This document shows positions 1-9,831 of a DNA stretch of 64,000 nucleotides, piece by piece. Position 1 is the first letter of the stretch. Every line of letters starts with the position of its first letter. The stretch is from NCBI GenBank assembly GCA_046328375.1, contig JAXLWT010000031.1:607-64606 (forward strand), read 5' to 3'. The notes under the pieces are model-generated. The model did not search any database. It had not been told where the DNA came from and was given only the letters and a program-made list of their open reading frames with translations. Origin of the DNA: Thermomicrobiales bacterium (GTDB taxonomy: Bacteria; Chloroflexota; Chloroflexia; Thermomicrobiales; UBA6265). Made by a program: the position numbers and the translations under genes.

Positions 1-2264
1 GCCTGCACCTGGGGAACGTCACCCGCATGGAGGCGGGCAACGGCGGCTTCGTACGGGTAACCGAGTTCCTCCCAGGCGGTGGCGGCATCCTCCCACGCAC
101 CCCGGAGTTGCATCGCCCAGGGTGGGGCCACGTCCTGATCTGCGACCGGGAGACCGACCTGCTGGGCCAGCCAGCGCAGTTCCCCACGTTGCCAGGGCGT
201 GCCGCGCTCGTCCGCAAGCGTGAGCACGCGGGACAGGGCGGTAGCGGCCGCCTCGTGACGATCGAGCAGGAGGTCTCGCTCTGCCTGCGCTGCGCACACG
301 GGCCCCATACGGATCAACTGCGATGTCCGTTCCGCCAGTCGCCAGCCTTCAGCCAGGGTTGCCTCTGCGGCGGAATCACCTCGCCGCACCTGCATGCGCC
401 CGAGCGCCGTGAGCGCCACGATGCGGGTCAGCGGCGCATGGTCCTGCCGCCTCAGGACACTCCCGGCATCCTGGATGACCTCCTGCCACCGGCCGCGGTG
501 ACATGCCACAAGCGCGCGCAGCGCAATCAGGTAGTGCAGGTACTGGTGCACGTCAAACGCATCGGTGTAGGCCAGCGCCCGCGCAATCTGGACCTCAGCC
601 TCATCAAGCCGCATGTCATCGAGCGCGGCCCAGGCCCGGTTCGCAAGCGCCCGCCCGGCGTGATCGACGAACCCGGCCGCCTGTGCCTCCGTGATGCACC
701 GTTCCAGGGCCGCGACGCCCGCTGCATAGTCACGTCGGGCCAGCGCGGTCGCCAGGTTGATGCGCGCGTGCACAACCGTGCTCGCATCCTCCAGCTTCGT
801 TCCCAGGTGTTGTGCCCGCTCTCCCCACGCGTTAGCGCCCGCATCGTCGTAGGCCAGCATGCAGAGCTGGGCGAGGTTGCTGTACGCCATGGCCAGTTCC
901 AGGCCGGGCGGATGTCGTTCCAGCAGGTGCACGGCGGTGCGTGCTGCCTGTTCGGCATCCGCGCCCCGGCCATCGAACCAGAGGTGCCGCGAAAGCCAGC
1001 GCTGGTTGTCTCCTTGGCGCATCTCATCGCCAAGCTCGGCACTGAGAAGTACGGCCTGTCGCCGCGAGGAGATGGCGGACTCGACCCGGCCGCAGAGCTG
1101 GCTGGCCTCTGCGTGGTTCTCACACAGGGCCGTTCGCGTCTCGGGCGAGGCAGCACCAGCGAAACGCAGGGCCCGCGCGTACTGATCCGCGGCCTCGCGG
1201 TGCGCGTGCCGGGCCATCGCCTGCTTGGCAGCCGTCGTGGCAAATTCCAGCGTCTGAGGACTTCCCGCGGCCTCCGCGAAGTGGGCCAGGCGCGCGACAT
1301 CCGGCTCTCCTCGGGCCAGCAGCGCCTCCAGGACACGACCGTGCAGCAAGCGCCGGCGCAAGGGGGGAATAGCGGCGAGGATGGCTTCGCGAATCAGGTC
1401 ATGCCGAAAGCGCAGATATGGCGTTTGCTCCGGCGCCAGAATCAGGCCATGCAGGATACAGGCGTCAAGTTCATCCGTGACCGGCCCAGCCACCGCCAGG
1501 ACCAGGTCCGGGTCAATGCGGCCGCCGATCACCGCGCAGAGATCCAGCACGCCGCGCGCCTCAGTGCGCAGACGCGCGGCCCGCGCCAGCACGGCGTCCG
1601 TCACGGTCGCGGGAATCTCACCTTCTTCGGCGGAGAGCACCTGGTTGACGAAGAACGGATTCCCGCCGGTCAACTGGTACAACTCGTCCAGGTCCCGGCC
1701 GGAGTTGACCGCCAGTTGGCCAACTCCCTCCCGGCTGAGCGGAGCCAGGGAGAGCCGCGGAGCCACTCCACTACTTGCCAGATCGCCCAGCATCAGGCGC
1801 AGGGGGTGATCCGGCCCCAGTTCGTCATCGCGGTAGGTGATGACGAACAGGACTGGCACCTGCGCGGCACGTCGCGCCATGAAGCGCAGGAACTCCAGCG
1901 AGATGCTGTCAGCCCACTGCGCGTCTTCACCGATGATGATGGTTGGGCCGGACCGGCTACGGAGCGCCTCCAGCACCGCATGGAAGACCTCTTCGCCGCG
2001 TGCCTGCGCCAGGTCAAGAGTCAGGCCCAGGGCAGGAGCAAGGTCACGTGTAGGACCGACCGGGGTCGGGGTCGAGGTCGCCTCGCATGAGGCCCGCAAC
2101 ACGGTGGCACGTTTGGCTGCGCGCTCGGCAAAGGTCTGCACGAGTGCGCTCTTGCCCACCCCCGCCTCGCCGCCCACCATGACCAACCGGCCATGTCCAC
2201 GCACGGCTGCCTGCAGGTGTTCTTCCAGCAGCGCCAACTCTGGCGCGCGTTCCAGCAATTCCAC
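1..2264 (-). CDS. Large P-loop NTPase (AAA/STAND) plus helical/TPR regulator-like protein with LuxR/MalT-like architecture. The 3' end runs off the window, so any C-terminal HTH is not visible.
   Basis: It is absent from the ORF track because it runs off the window edge. My reverse-complement translation from GTG 2264 reads VELLERAPELALLEEHLQAAVRGHGRLVMVGGEAGVGKSALVQTF (Walker A). It stays open to nt 1, ending ...AWEELGYPYEAAVARLHAGDVPQVQA. The + strand ORF 27..2090 is its antisense shadow. Confidence 0.8.
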   Translation of the reverse strand, partial: MELLERAPELALLEEHLQAAVRGHGRLVMVGGEAGVGKSALVQTFAERAAKRATVLRASCEATSTPTPVGPTRDLAPALGLTLDLAQARGEEVFHAVLEALRSRSGPTIIIGEDAQWADSISLEFLRFMARRAAQVPVLFVITYRDDELGPDHPLRLMLGDLASSGVAPRLSLAPLSREGVGQLAVNSGRDLDELYQLTGGNPFFVNQVLSAEEGEIPATVTDAVLARAARLRTEARGVLDLCAVIGGRIDPDLVLAVAGPVTDELDACILHGLILAPEQTPYLRFRHDLIREAILAAIPPLRRRLLHGRVLEALLARGEPDVARLAHFAEAAGSPQTLEFATTAAKQAMARHAHREAADQYARALRFAGAASPETRTALCENHAEASQLCGRVESAISSRRQAVLLSAELGDEMRQGDNQRWLSRHLWFDGRGADAEQAARTAVHLLERHPPGLELAMAYSNLAQLCMLAYDDAGANAWGERAQHLGTKLEDASTVVHARINLATALARRDYAAGVAALERCITEAQAAGFVDHAGRALANRAWAALDDMRLDEAEVQIARALAYTDAFDVHQYLHYLIALRALVACHRGRWQEVIQDAGSVLRRQDHAPLTRIVALTALGRMQVRRGDSAAEATLAEGWRLAERTSQLIRMGPVCAAQAERDLLLDRHEAAATALSRVLTLADERGTPWQRGELRWLAQQVGLPVADQDVAPPWAMQLRGAWEDAATAWEELGYPYEAAVARLHAGDVPQVQ

Positions 2265-2355
2265 GACGGTCCGCCTGTTTCCGCGTTGGGTGGAGGGGCG
2301 TGTAGCCGACGACGCAGTTCAGGATACCGGTTTTCGCCCGCGGACCTGCCGGAAT

Positions 2356-3243
2356 CTAGCGCACACCGCCCGCGCGCAACTCCGCGATGGTCTCGGCGGT
2401 CCGTTCGATCTGCGCGGGTTCGGTGCCCGGCGGCGGCTGCAGAATGAACTCACGGATGCCAATCTCGGAGAAGCGACCGACAAAATCGCGCAGCGCCTCG
2501 GGCGATTCCCACGGATTCACTTCCTGCGGCAGGATCCCCTTCACATAGAGGTGTGAACGCAGCACTTCATAGGGCGGCCGGCCGACCTCCGAGCACGCCT
2601 CGTCCAGTGACGTGTTGCGCGCGGCCATCTCCTCCAGCGTGCCAGTGGAGTTCCAGCGGTCGGCGTAGCGCGCCACGATGCGCATCATGCGCGGGCCGTG
2701 CGCACCAAGCGTGAAGGGGATGCGGTCCTGCACAGGTGCCGGGCGGAACGGCGCATCGCGCACCTGGTAGTACTCGCCCTCGTACGTGGTGACATCCTGG
2801 GTAAAGAGCGCGTTGCAGATCTCGACCGCCTCCCGGAAGCGCCCGACCAACTCGGCGTTGCCCGGGAACGGGATGCCGAACATCTCGTGCTCAGGCACGA
2901 ACCAGCCCGCGCCGAGCCCAAACTCCAGCCGCCCGTTGGAGATGTGATCGAGCGTCACCGCCTCCTTGGCCACCAGCGGCGGGTGGCGGAACGTGTTGCA
3001 GGAGACGAGCACGCCGAAGCGAATGTTCTTCGTGACCAGGGCCAGGGCCGCCAGCAGCGTCCACGGCTCGAAGATGGGACCATCCAGCTTGAAGGGCGGG
3101 ACATAGTGATCGGCCAGCCAGAGGTTATCGAACCCCAGGCCCTCCAGGAAGGTCCACTGCTCCGCAAGTTCCCGGAAGGGCCGCTGGGTCGGCGTCTGCA
3201 CCCCGAAGAGAAGCTGCTCTCGATCCTGAACCTGATCCGCCAC
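2356..3243 (-). CDS. LLM-class (luciferase-like) F420-dependent oxidoreductase
   Basis: 295-aa ORF with a GTG start. It has typical LLM strings: FDNLWLADHY, RFGVLVSCNTFRHPPLVAKEAVTLDHISNGRLEFGLGAGW. It is a paralog of 57836..58714. Confidence 0.9.
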   Translation of the reverse strand: MADQVQDREQLLFGVQTPTQRPFRELAEQWTFLEGLGFDNLWLADHYVPPFKLDGPIFEPWTLLAALALVTKNIRFGVLVSCNTFRHPPLVAKEAVTLDHISNGRLEFGLGAGWFVPEHEMFGIPFPGNAELVGRFREAVEICNALFTQDVTTYEGEYYQVRDAPFRPAPVQDRIPFTLGAHGPRMMRIVARYADRWNSTGTLEEMAARNTSLDEACSEVGRPPYEVLRSHLYVKGILPQEVNPWESPEALRDFVGRFSEIGIREFILQPPPGTEPAQIERTAETIAELRAGGVR

Positions 3244-3323
3244 GTTGCACCCGTCTCCCGCTGTCTCGACGCTTACCTGAGAGGCTGAGCATATCAGGGG
3301 AACCAGATGTTGCGCGCCATGCC

Positions 3324-4268
3324 TCAGTTCGTCGGGGCGAAGATATCCACGCGGTCGCTGTCCGCGTCTGCAACGTAGAGGCGGTTGGAAGCATCGAAGC
3401 CGATGCCCATGGGGTCGAAGCCGTAGGGCGCGACATTGTTGAAGCTGATGCTGGCGAGGTACTTCCCGCCGAGCGTAAAGAGCTGCACGCGGCGGTTGCC
3501 CGTGTCGGTCACCGCCACACGGTTGCGGTTATCCACGATCACATCGCGCGGGTCGTTGAATGCACCATTCGTGTTCCCCTGGCGCCCCCACTTGCGCAGG
3601 AACTTCCCCTTGGCCGAGAAGACCTGGACCCGGTTGTTCGCGCCGTCTACCACATAGACGCGCCCCTTCCGGTCGGTGGCGATGCCGCGCGGGTAGTTGA
3701 ACTTGCCGGAGATTGCGCCGCGCCCCCCAAAGGAGAAGAGGTAGCGCCCGTTGCGACTGAAGACCTGGACCCGGTTGTTCGAGGAGTCGGCGACGTAGAT
3801 GCGGCCGCCGCGCCCGATCGCCACCCCCCACGGATCGGCAAACTTGCCGGTTGCGGAGCCCTTGCCCCCAAAGCGCCGGATAAAGCCGCCACTGGACGAA
3901 AAGACCTGGATGCGATGGTTGAGCGTGTCCGCCACGTAGACCTGGCCGGATGGACTGACGGACACGCCGCGCGGGCGGTTGAACTGGCCGTTGCCCGTCC
4001 CGTAACTCCCCCAGCGCCGCACGTACTTGCCACTGCGCGTGAACTGCTGGATGCGATTGTTGTAGGAATCAGCGACGTAGACTGCGTCGCCCCGCGCGGC
4101 CACCCCACGCGGCCCGTCGAAGCGACCCGCACCCGTGCCTGTCCCACCCCAGCTGCCGGCGGAGCGGTAGCGCGGGGTAGCGGCCTCGGCGACTGGCGCC
4201 ATCCATGGCCGCAGCACCAGGGCAATTCCACCAGCGAGGAAACGACGACGGGAAATGCGGTCAACCAT
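3324..4268 (-). CDS. NHL-repeat beta-propeller protein with a Tat signal
   Basis: N-terminus is MVDRISRRRFLAGGIALVL. It carries six repeats of the type YVAD..NNR(I/V)QVF...G.F...FG..G...G.F..P.G(V/I)A. SD GGAGG lies 4 nt before the ATG. Confidence 0.9.
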   Translation of the reverse strand: MVDRISRRRFLAGGIALVLRPWMAPVAEAATPRYRSAGSWGGTGTGAGRFDGPRGVAARGDAVYVADSYNNRIQQFTRSGKYVRRWGSYGTGNGQFNRPRGVSVSPSGQVYVADTLNHRIQVFSSSGGFIRRFGGKGSATGKFADPWGVAIGRGGRIYVADSSNNRVQVFSRNGRYLFSFGGRGAISGKFNYPRGIATDRKGRVYVVDGANNRVQVFSAKGKFLRKWGRQGNTNGAFNDPRDVIVDNRNRVAVTDTGNRRVQLFTLGGKYLASISFNNVAPYGFDPMGIGFDASNRLYVADADSDRVDIFAPTN

Positions 4269-4325
4269 GGGGCCTCCGAATTCGGCGGATGTGCCCCTCC
4301 ATCATGCACCAGGTTGCCGCGAGCG

Positions 4326-6158
4326 TCAGGAGGGTTGCAGGTAATTCCCGTCGCACCAGCCGGCAAGACCGTCGAACGTCACGACCTGGTACCAGAAGAT
4401 GCCGTCGGCATCGACGGCATCACTGGCAATCGTCAGCGCGTGGCCCTCCGGTAACTCCGCCACGACCTCTGCCCATAACCCGGGCTCGCTCCGCAGGTTG
4501 AGTGAGCCTGCAGCCACCACGGCAGGTGCGCCAGGCGTAAGCATCCAGGCGTCCTGTCGTCGCTCACGGCGACGGCGGCCACCATCACGGTCGCGCTCCT
4601 CCTCCGGGTCCCCTCCGCCACCCACGGCAGCATCGGCGGGCGGATCCTGCGCGGGCACCGGCGTGGGTTCGGCCGCGTCAGCTGGCGGGGAGGACGCGCT
4701 GTCCACCGCGGTCGGCTGTGCGGTCGGTTCCGGTGTGGGCCAGGGCTCATCCGGGTTCGGATCAGGGGAGAGCAGGTTCCCGGCGATCCAGCCGGTGAGC
4801 GACGGCCCTTGCACCTGGTACCAGATGGTCTCCTCGTTGGTGGTGGGACCTTCCACCACCATCAGGCGCTCTCCGACCGTCACGTTGGCGACCTTGTCGA
4901 ACTCGGTGCCCGGTCCGGAGCGCAGCGCCACGCCGTCCGCGTTCGTGACCACGCGCACGCCGGAAACCCACTGCGGCGGTGGCGGCGCCGGATCATCCCG
5001 GCCGCGAATAACGCGGCGAATCTCCGTGCGCACCGTGGGGATCGTCACGTAGAAGTCCTCACCAGGGCAGGTCGTGTTGTTGACGTCGCGGTGCCCGCAG
5101 ATGGTGGGCAGGTCGGGGATATCGTGGAACGGAGCGCTGATGGTGGGATCGAGATTGCGCCCGGCCCACGAGGCAATCCAGACGATGGCGTTGTGCATTT
5201 CAGGGGTGATGTCGTTCTCGAAGAAGCGCCCCATCAGGCAGATGCCAGCGCTCCCGTAGTTGTACCCCTCGGCGTGACAGCCGACGGCGTTCTCCCCGCC
5301 CACGCGGCCCTCGTAGACATTGCCCATGAAATCGACGAGGTAGTTGTAGGCAATATCCCCCCAGCCACGGGTGATGGCGTGGAAGTAGTAGATGGAGCGC
5401 ATTTCGAGCACAGGGTCATTGAAATTGGCGGTATCCGCGTGGTGAATGATGACGTGCTCGACCGCCTGGTACTCGACCGGAAAGATCTCCTTCCCGTTCT
5501 TGTCGAAGCGTAACGATTCGTCGGCGCCCCAACCGGCGCGGCTGATGACGGGCGGCATGGCGAAGACGGGCGCCGTGGCCGGATCGGCCACCTGCTCCAG
5601 CGTGGCTCCCGCCGAGGCATCGATGTAATCCAGTTCGAACCCGGGCAGCGTCGCGACGTTCCCCGCGCCGTCGTATGTGCGGTACTGGAGGAAAGTCCCG
5701 CGTGGGGTGGACGTCAGCTCACCGATGGTGCGCCCCTCGCGGTCGGGCGGGCCGCCGTGCCCGGCGCGACCGATCCAGACCGGATCAGACCAGGTCACGC
5801 CATCCGGGCTCCACAGCAACTCGACGACGGCGTTGGGATCCCCCTCACCGCTCCAACTCGGGGCAACGGCATCAAAGGGGAAATCAGCAGCGAAGGAGAT
5901 GTACGCCGCAGGATCCGCGCGCTGCGCCAGGCCAAAGTTCGCCACTTCGCTCCAGCGCCCACCCTGGATCGAGCCACCCTCTTGCACCAGCGGAGCGGCG
6001 CCAGCCGTCCTCGCGGGCTTGCCCACCGGCGACAGCGATGCTCGCCCAGCCGCCAGCGTGCCCATGGCCGCGCCAACGCCGAAGCGCAATACCTCTCGTC
6101 GCCCCAGCCGCGCCGACATGGCGGCGGCGCGCACCTTGCTGCTCGCACTGCGGCACAC
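4326..6158 (-). CDS. N-acetylmuramoyl-L-alanine amidase (Amidase_2/PGRP fold) with a Tat signal, a Pro/Asp-rich linker and C-terminal SH3b-like domains
   Basis: Amidase_2 core reads HVIIHHADTANF...ITRGWGDIAYNYLVDFMGNVYEGRVGG...HRDVNNTTCPG. The twin-arginine motif is GRREVLRFG. There are two SH3-like segments (VNLRSGPG / LNLRSEPG). The start is either GTG 6158 or ATG 6119. Confidence 0.9.
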   Translation of the reverse strand: MCRSASSKVRAAAMSARLGRREVLRFGVGAAMGTLAAGRASLSPVGKPARTAGAAPLVQEGGSIQGGRWSEVANFGLAQRADPAAYISFAADFPFDAVAPSWSGEGDPNAVVELLWSPDGVTWSDPVWIGRAGHGGPPDREGRTIGELTSTPRGTFLQYRTYDGAGNVATLPGFELDYIDASAGATLEQVADPATAPVFAMPPVISRAGWGADESLRFDKNGKEIFPVEYQAVEHVIIHHADTANFNDPVLEMRSIYYFHAITRGWGDIAYNYLVDFMGNVYEGRVGGENAVGCHAEGYNYGSAGICLMGRFFENDITPEMHNAIVWIASWAGRNLDPTISAPFHDIPDLPTICGHRDVNNTTCPGEDFYVTIPTVRTEIRRVIRGRDDPAPPPPQWVSGVRVVTNADGVALRSGPGTEFDKVANVTVGERLMVVEGPTTNEETIWYQVQGPSLTGWIAGNLLSPDPNPDEPWPTPEPTAQPTAVDSASSPPADAAEPTPVPAQDPPADAAVGGGGDPEEERDRDGGRRRRERRQDAWMLTPGAPAVVAAGSLNLRSEPGLWAEVVAELPEGHALTIASDAVDADGIFWYQVVTFDGLAGWCDGNYLQPS

Positions 6159-6341
6159 GTGCTCGTCTCCACGTATTCACTGGTCGTATGCGGGGTTGAA
6201 CGGGACGCAACGGGGAAGCGTCACACCGGCAGGAACGCGCGGGAGCGCTCATGGTTCCGCCGCCTGGGGCAGGGCGATGCTACGGGGAGTGGTGACGGGA
6301 TGTCAACTGTGGAGCTACGGACGTGGCTCTCGGGCTCTCCG

Positions 6342-6779
6342 TCACGGCCCGACGGGATAGTGGCTACGGATCGCAATGCGGTTCCAGGAATTCATCACCA
6401 CGGCGAGCCAACTGATCGCCGAGACCTGTTCGTCGGTCAGCGAGCCGTTGTCCCACCCGCGGCGGTCCGGAACCGGCAGGCGTGTGACATCTTCAGCAAG
6501 CGCGAGGGCGGCCCGCTCTTGCTCGCTGAAATACTGCGACTCCCACCAGGCCGCAACAACTGAAAGGCGGTCTATGGTCTCACCCTTGGCGAGCGCATCA
6601 CGCGTGTGCATACGCAGGCAGAACGAGCAGCCATTGATCTGCGAGACGCGAATCTTCACCAGTTCGCTCAGCCTGGGATCGAGTCCAGCCCGGGCAGCGG
6701 CCTCGTCCGCTTCCCTGCTCAGTGCCCTGACGTGCTCGTACGCGGTGGGGTGCTCTTTGCCGAGATTGACATGCGTCAT
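6342..6779 (-). CDS. Carboxymuconolactone decarboxylase (AhpD-like) family protein
   Basis: Translation from ATG 6779 reads MTHVNLGKEHPTAYEH...IRVSQINGCSFCLRMHT (CxxC motif of the CMD family). The upstream part of track ORF 6342..6995 looks non-coding. Confidence 0.85.
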   Translation of the reverse strand: MTHVNLGKEHPTAYEHVRALSREADEAAARAGLDPRLSELVKIRVSQINGCSFCLRMHTRDALAKGETIDRLSVVAAWWESQYFSEQERAALALAEDVTRLPVPDRRGWDNGSLTDEQVSAISWLAVVMNSWNRIAIRSHYPVGP

Positions 6780-7040
6780 GATCTGGACCTTCCCAAGGTA
6801 GAAGATGTCTGTTGCTGTCCGTACTGCGGCGTGCAGAGACGTTGATCCGCCCGAACATCCCTCGAGACACGAAGACGACGCGGTCCGCATCAACAGGGCC
6901 GGTGGTCTTGCAGACCGCTGTAGGCAACGGAAGGCATCGAGCGAAGGCGGCGCCCCGTGCCTGTGACGAGAGCAAATCGCTACGTCCCTCGCCACGTCCT
7001 TCCAGAGGGCAGAGACCGGCTCTCGACATTGGGGAGCACC

Positions 7041-9155
7041 TCATCGTGAATGGCTAAAGACCTGATCTCGCGCGTGCTCTGGCTGCGCCCGGGAGGCCAG
7101 TACCACTTCTACCCGCGCGTCGTGGAAATCTCCGCCGCCCCCCGCATCGCTCAGTCCGTCCGGCGTGAGCAGGTTGGCGGACACGCCGCCGGGACTGCGT
7201 GAGGCCCACCAGCCAGAGGGCATCGACACCACCCCAGGAATCACGGCATCCCCGAGCGTCACCCGCAGCGAGAGCTGCCCCTGCGCGTTGCCGACCTGCA
7301 CCCAGTCGTCATCCTCGATGCCGCGAGGCGCGGCGTCCGCCGGGTGCATGAGCAGGCGCGGTTCCTTCTCCGCCTTGAGGTGGCGCGGGAGGTTGGCGAA
7401 GCTTGAGTTCAGGAAGTGCAGCGCGGACTTGGCGCTGATCAACGTCAGTGGGTACGCAACCGCGTCCTCACCACCCGCCGGGACGTAGCCAGGGAGCGGA
7501 TCTCCGCCAGCCGCAGCCAATGTCTCGGAGAAGAACTCCGCACGGCCCGACGGGGTCGGGAAGCCACCCTCCGCGTACGGCACCCACGGGTCGGGGATGT
7601 TCAGCTTCGCCCAACCTTCCTCGTGCAGGCGCTCCCAGGTAATCCCCTCCAGCCACGGATCGTCGCTGTCCAGCACATCGCGGATGATCTGCTCGTCGCT
7701 CGTCTGGAGGTACTCCTCGTGCAGGCCCATGCGCGCAGCCAGGCGACGGAAGACCTCTGTTGTCGGCACGCTCTCGCCCAGCGGCGCGATGGCCGGCTGG
7801 TTGAGCGTCAGGTACGGATGGCCCCAGGCGCCGACCAGGTCGTAGTGCTCCAACTGGGTCGTGGCGGGAAGCACGTAATCCGCGTAGCGAGCCGTGTCAG
7901 TCAGGAATTGCTCGTGCACGACGGTGAACAGATCATCGCGTTGCAGGCCACGCGCCAGAAGGGCCTGGTTGGGGATGGTCGCCATCGGGTTGGCGCCGTA
8001 GACAACCAGGGCGCGTACGGGCGGGTCAAGCGTGGGGTCGGTCAGGATTCGACCGAGTTGCACCATGTTCAACTGCCGGATCGATGCGTTCTCCAGCTCC
8101 GGCATGGTGGCAGTGGCGGAGTTCAGCGCCTGGCGATGCAGCCGGGAGGTCATGTAGGCCAGGCCGCCACCATGATCGCGCCAGGCGCCGGTGAGCGCGG
8201 GCAGGCAGGCAATGGCCCGGTACATGCCCGCGCCGTTGGCGTGGTGCTCCATGCCGACCAGCAGGCGAATCGCCGCCGGGCGCGTGGTGGCGTAGGCGTG
8301 GGCCAATTGCTCGATATCCGCGGCCGGGATGCCAGTGATGGCCGCCACGCGCTCCAGGGGATACTGCGCCAGGCGCTGACGCAGGTCCTCGAACCCGGTC
8401 GTGAACCGCTCGATGTACGCCGGATCGTGCAATCCGTTGTCAATGATGACGCGCATCATGCCGAGGGCCAGCGCGCCATCGGTGCCGGGTCGCGGCTGCA
8501 GGTGCCAATCCGCGGCGGCGGCGGAACGCGTGCGCACCGGATCGATCGCGACAACCGTCGCGCCGTTCTCCCGCGCCTTGCGGATGAGCGGCCAGACGTG
8601 CAGGTTGGTGACGATGGGGTTGGCGCCCCAGAGGATGATGTAGCGGCTCTGCTCCAGATCCTGGGGCAGCATTCCCGTATTCGTACCGTTGACGGCAGCC
8701 ACTCCGGCACCGCCGGCGCCGCCACAGATGGCCCGCTCCAGGCGCGAGGCCCCGATGCGCGCGAAGAAGCGGCGGTCGAGGCTGCCTCCCTGCACGATCC
8801 CCATGGTGCCGAGGTAGCTGAAGGGCAGGATGCTGGTGGCGTCCTCGGCCATCACCCCGCTCAAGCGGCCGGCGATCTCACCCAGCGCGTCGTCCCAGCT
8901 CACGCGCTCGAACTCGCCCGCGCCTTTCGCTCCCGTGCGGCGCAGCGGGTAGCGGAGGCGCTCCTCGCTGTAGACCCGCTCCAGGTAGGGATTCACCTTG
9001 GCGCAGAGGCCGCCCCGCGTCAGGGGGTGCCCGGCATCACCGGCCAGCTTCACCGCCACGCCATCCTGCACGGTCACCTGCCAGGCGCAGGAATCGGGGC
9101 AATCGTGGGCGCAACCACCGCGAACGATGTGAGCAGTGGGGAGGAGATCAGCCAT
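7041..9155 (-). CDS. Molybdopterin (bis-MGD) oxidoreductase catalytic subunit, MopB superfamily
   Basis: 704-aa ORF. It has an N-terminal Cys cluster (GGCAHDCPDSCAW...GGLCAKV), molybdopterin-binding regions and a C-terminal beta-barrel region (MHPADAAPRGIEDDDWVQVGN). Confidence 0.9.
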   Translation of the reverse strand: MADLLPTAHIVRGGCAHDCPDSCAWQVTVQDGVAVKLAGDAGHPLTRGGLCAKVNPYLERVYSEERLRYPLRRTGAKGAGEFERVSWDDALGEIAGRLSGVMAEDATSILPFSYLGTMGIVQGGSLDRRFFARIGASRLERAICGGAGGAGVAAVNGTNTGMLPQDLEQSRYIILWGANPIVTNLHVWPLIRKARENGATVVAIDPVRTRSAAAADWHLQPRPGTDGALALGMMRVIIDNGLHDPAYIERFTTGFEDLRQRLAQYPLERVAAITGIPAADIEQLAHAYATTRPAAIRLLVGMEHHANGAGMYRAIACLPALTGAWRDHGGGLAYMTSRLHRQALNSATATMPELENASIRQLNMVQLGRILTDPTLDPPVRALVVYGANPMATIPNQALLARGLQRDDLFTVVHEQFLTDTARYADYVLPATTQLEHYDLVGAWGHPYLTLNQPAIAPLGESVPTTEVFRRLAARMGLHEEYLQTSDEQIIRDVLDSDDPWLEGITWERLHEEGWAKLNIPDPWVPYAEGGFPTPSGRAEFFSETLAAAGGDPLPGYVPAGGEDAVAYPLTLISAKSALHFLNSSFANLPRHLKAEKEPRLLMHPADAAPRGIEDDDWVQVGNAQGQLSLRVTLGDAVIPGVVSMPSGWWASRSPGGVSANLLTPDGLSDAGGGGDFHDARVEVVLASRAQPEHARDQVFSHSR

Positions 9156-9225
9156 CGGAGAGTCACCTGCTTGTCTGCTAACGGAGAGCCGGGAGAATAC
9201 TCGGCGCGTACCGGCGGTTGGGACG

Positions 9226-9759
9226 TCATGCCGGCTGCTGAGCGCGCTTGCCGATCTCTTCCATCAAGTCCCAGCAACTGGCTGCCGCATTCATCGTCAG
9301 CAGGAATACGACCGCCACCAACCAGTCGAGGACACCGGCCTCCCCCTGCCAGATGCCAAGCGCCAGGTAGAGGGAGACCGCATACGCCAGCGTCGGGGAG
9401 ATGACCCGGGTGAGCGCGTTGCGCCCACTCCAGGCGGGGTCAGGATCAGTGCGCGCCACCCGGACATCGCGCGCAATGCGCAACAAGCCCTGCAGGCCTA
9501 CGATCACCAGGGTAATCAGGAGCGTGGTGCCGTAGTCGGAAGGGACGAGAGCGGCCAGCCCCAGGATGACCAGCACCAGGAGGCTGTGGAACGTCTGCCG
9601 GGTCAGCACCCGCATGCCAGCGTGCGTCGTGTCCGCCATGATGGCCGGGTTGAGGCCGATCACGACGAACAGGAGACCGACGAGCGTCCCGGCGACGGCA
9701 GAGACCGCCGCGAAGAAGTCGTGCCATTCCAGCAGTGCGGTGGCCACCGGGTCGGTCAT
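9226..9759 (-). CDS. Integral membrane protein of unknown function (about 5 TM helices)
   Basis: The profile is hydrophobic (VAGTLVGLLFVVIGL, LLVLVILGLAALV, LLITLVIVGL, ...). I preferred ATG 9759 (MTDPV) because GGAAAGG lies upstream. ATG 9783 is an alternative. Confidence 0.6.
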   Translation of the reverse strand: MTDPVATALLEWHDFFAAVSAVAGTLVGLLFVVIGLNPAIMADTTHAGMRVLTRQTFHSLLVLVILGLAALVPSDYGTTLLITLVIVGLQGLLRIARDVRVARTDPDPAWSGRNALTRVISPTLAYAVSLYLALGIWQGEAGVLDWLVAVVFLLTMNAAASCWDLMEEIGKRAQQPA

Positions 9760-9831
9760 GCTCCGCCTTTCCTGAGCCAACATCTCGCCGGCGCGGACGG
9801 CACTCGCCGGCCACGTGTTCCTGACACAGAC

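Noticed and set aside
27-2090. 687-aa + strand ORF, the longest ORF in the first 2 kb.
   Set aside because: Its Arg/Gly/Pro/Gln-rich composition has no recognisable motif. The opposite strand in a fixed frame translates into a clean Walker-A/TPR regulator that runs off the window. It is a typical antisense shadow ORF of a GC-rich gene.
7805-7820. GCGTcaggTACGGATG inside the Mo-oxidoreductase CDS resembles the P1/P3 box. The bare 7-mer TACGGAT also occurs inside CDSs at about 308, 6365 and 37416, and ATCCGTA occurs at about 15067.
   Set aside because: These are coding-region hits with the wrong spacer length and no flanking GGAAT. They show that the 7-8-mer core alone is not diagnostic. Only the full 17-22-nt matches at 11251, 35401 and 41686 are reported.
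7416-9404. 662-aa + strand ORF opposite the molybdopterin oxidoreductase. Similar long shadows occur at 12567..14138 (+), 15015..16637 (-), 27084..28532 (-), 35810..36994 (+), 41412..42353 (+), 55160..56275 (-) and 57911..58795 (+).
   Set aside because: All overlap a confidently recognised gene on the other strand or frame. All have shadow-type composition (R, G, P, A, H, Q rich, with no hydrophobic core pattern or family motif).
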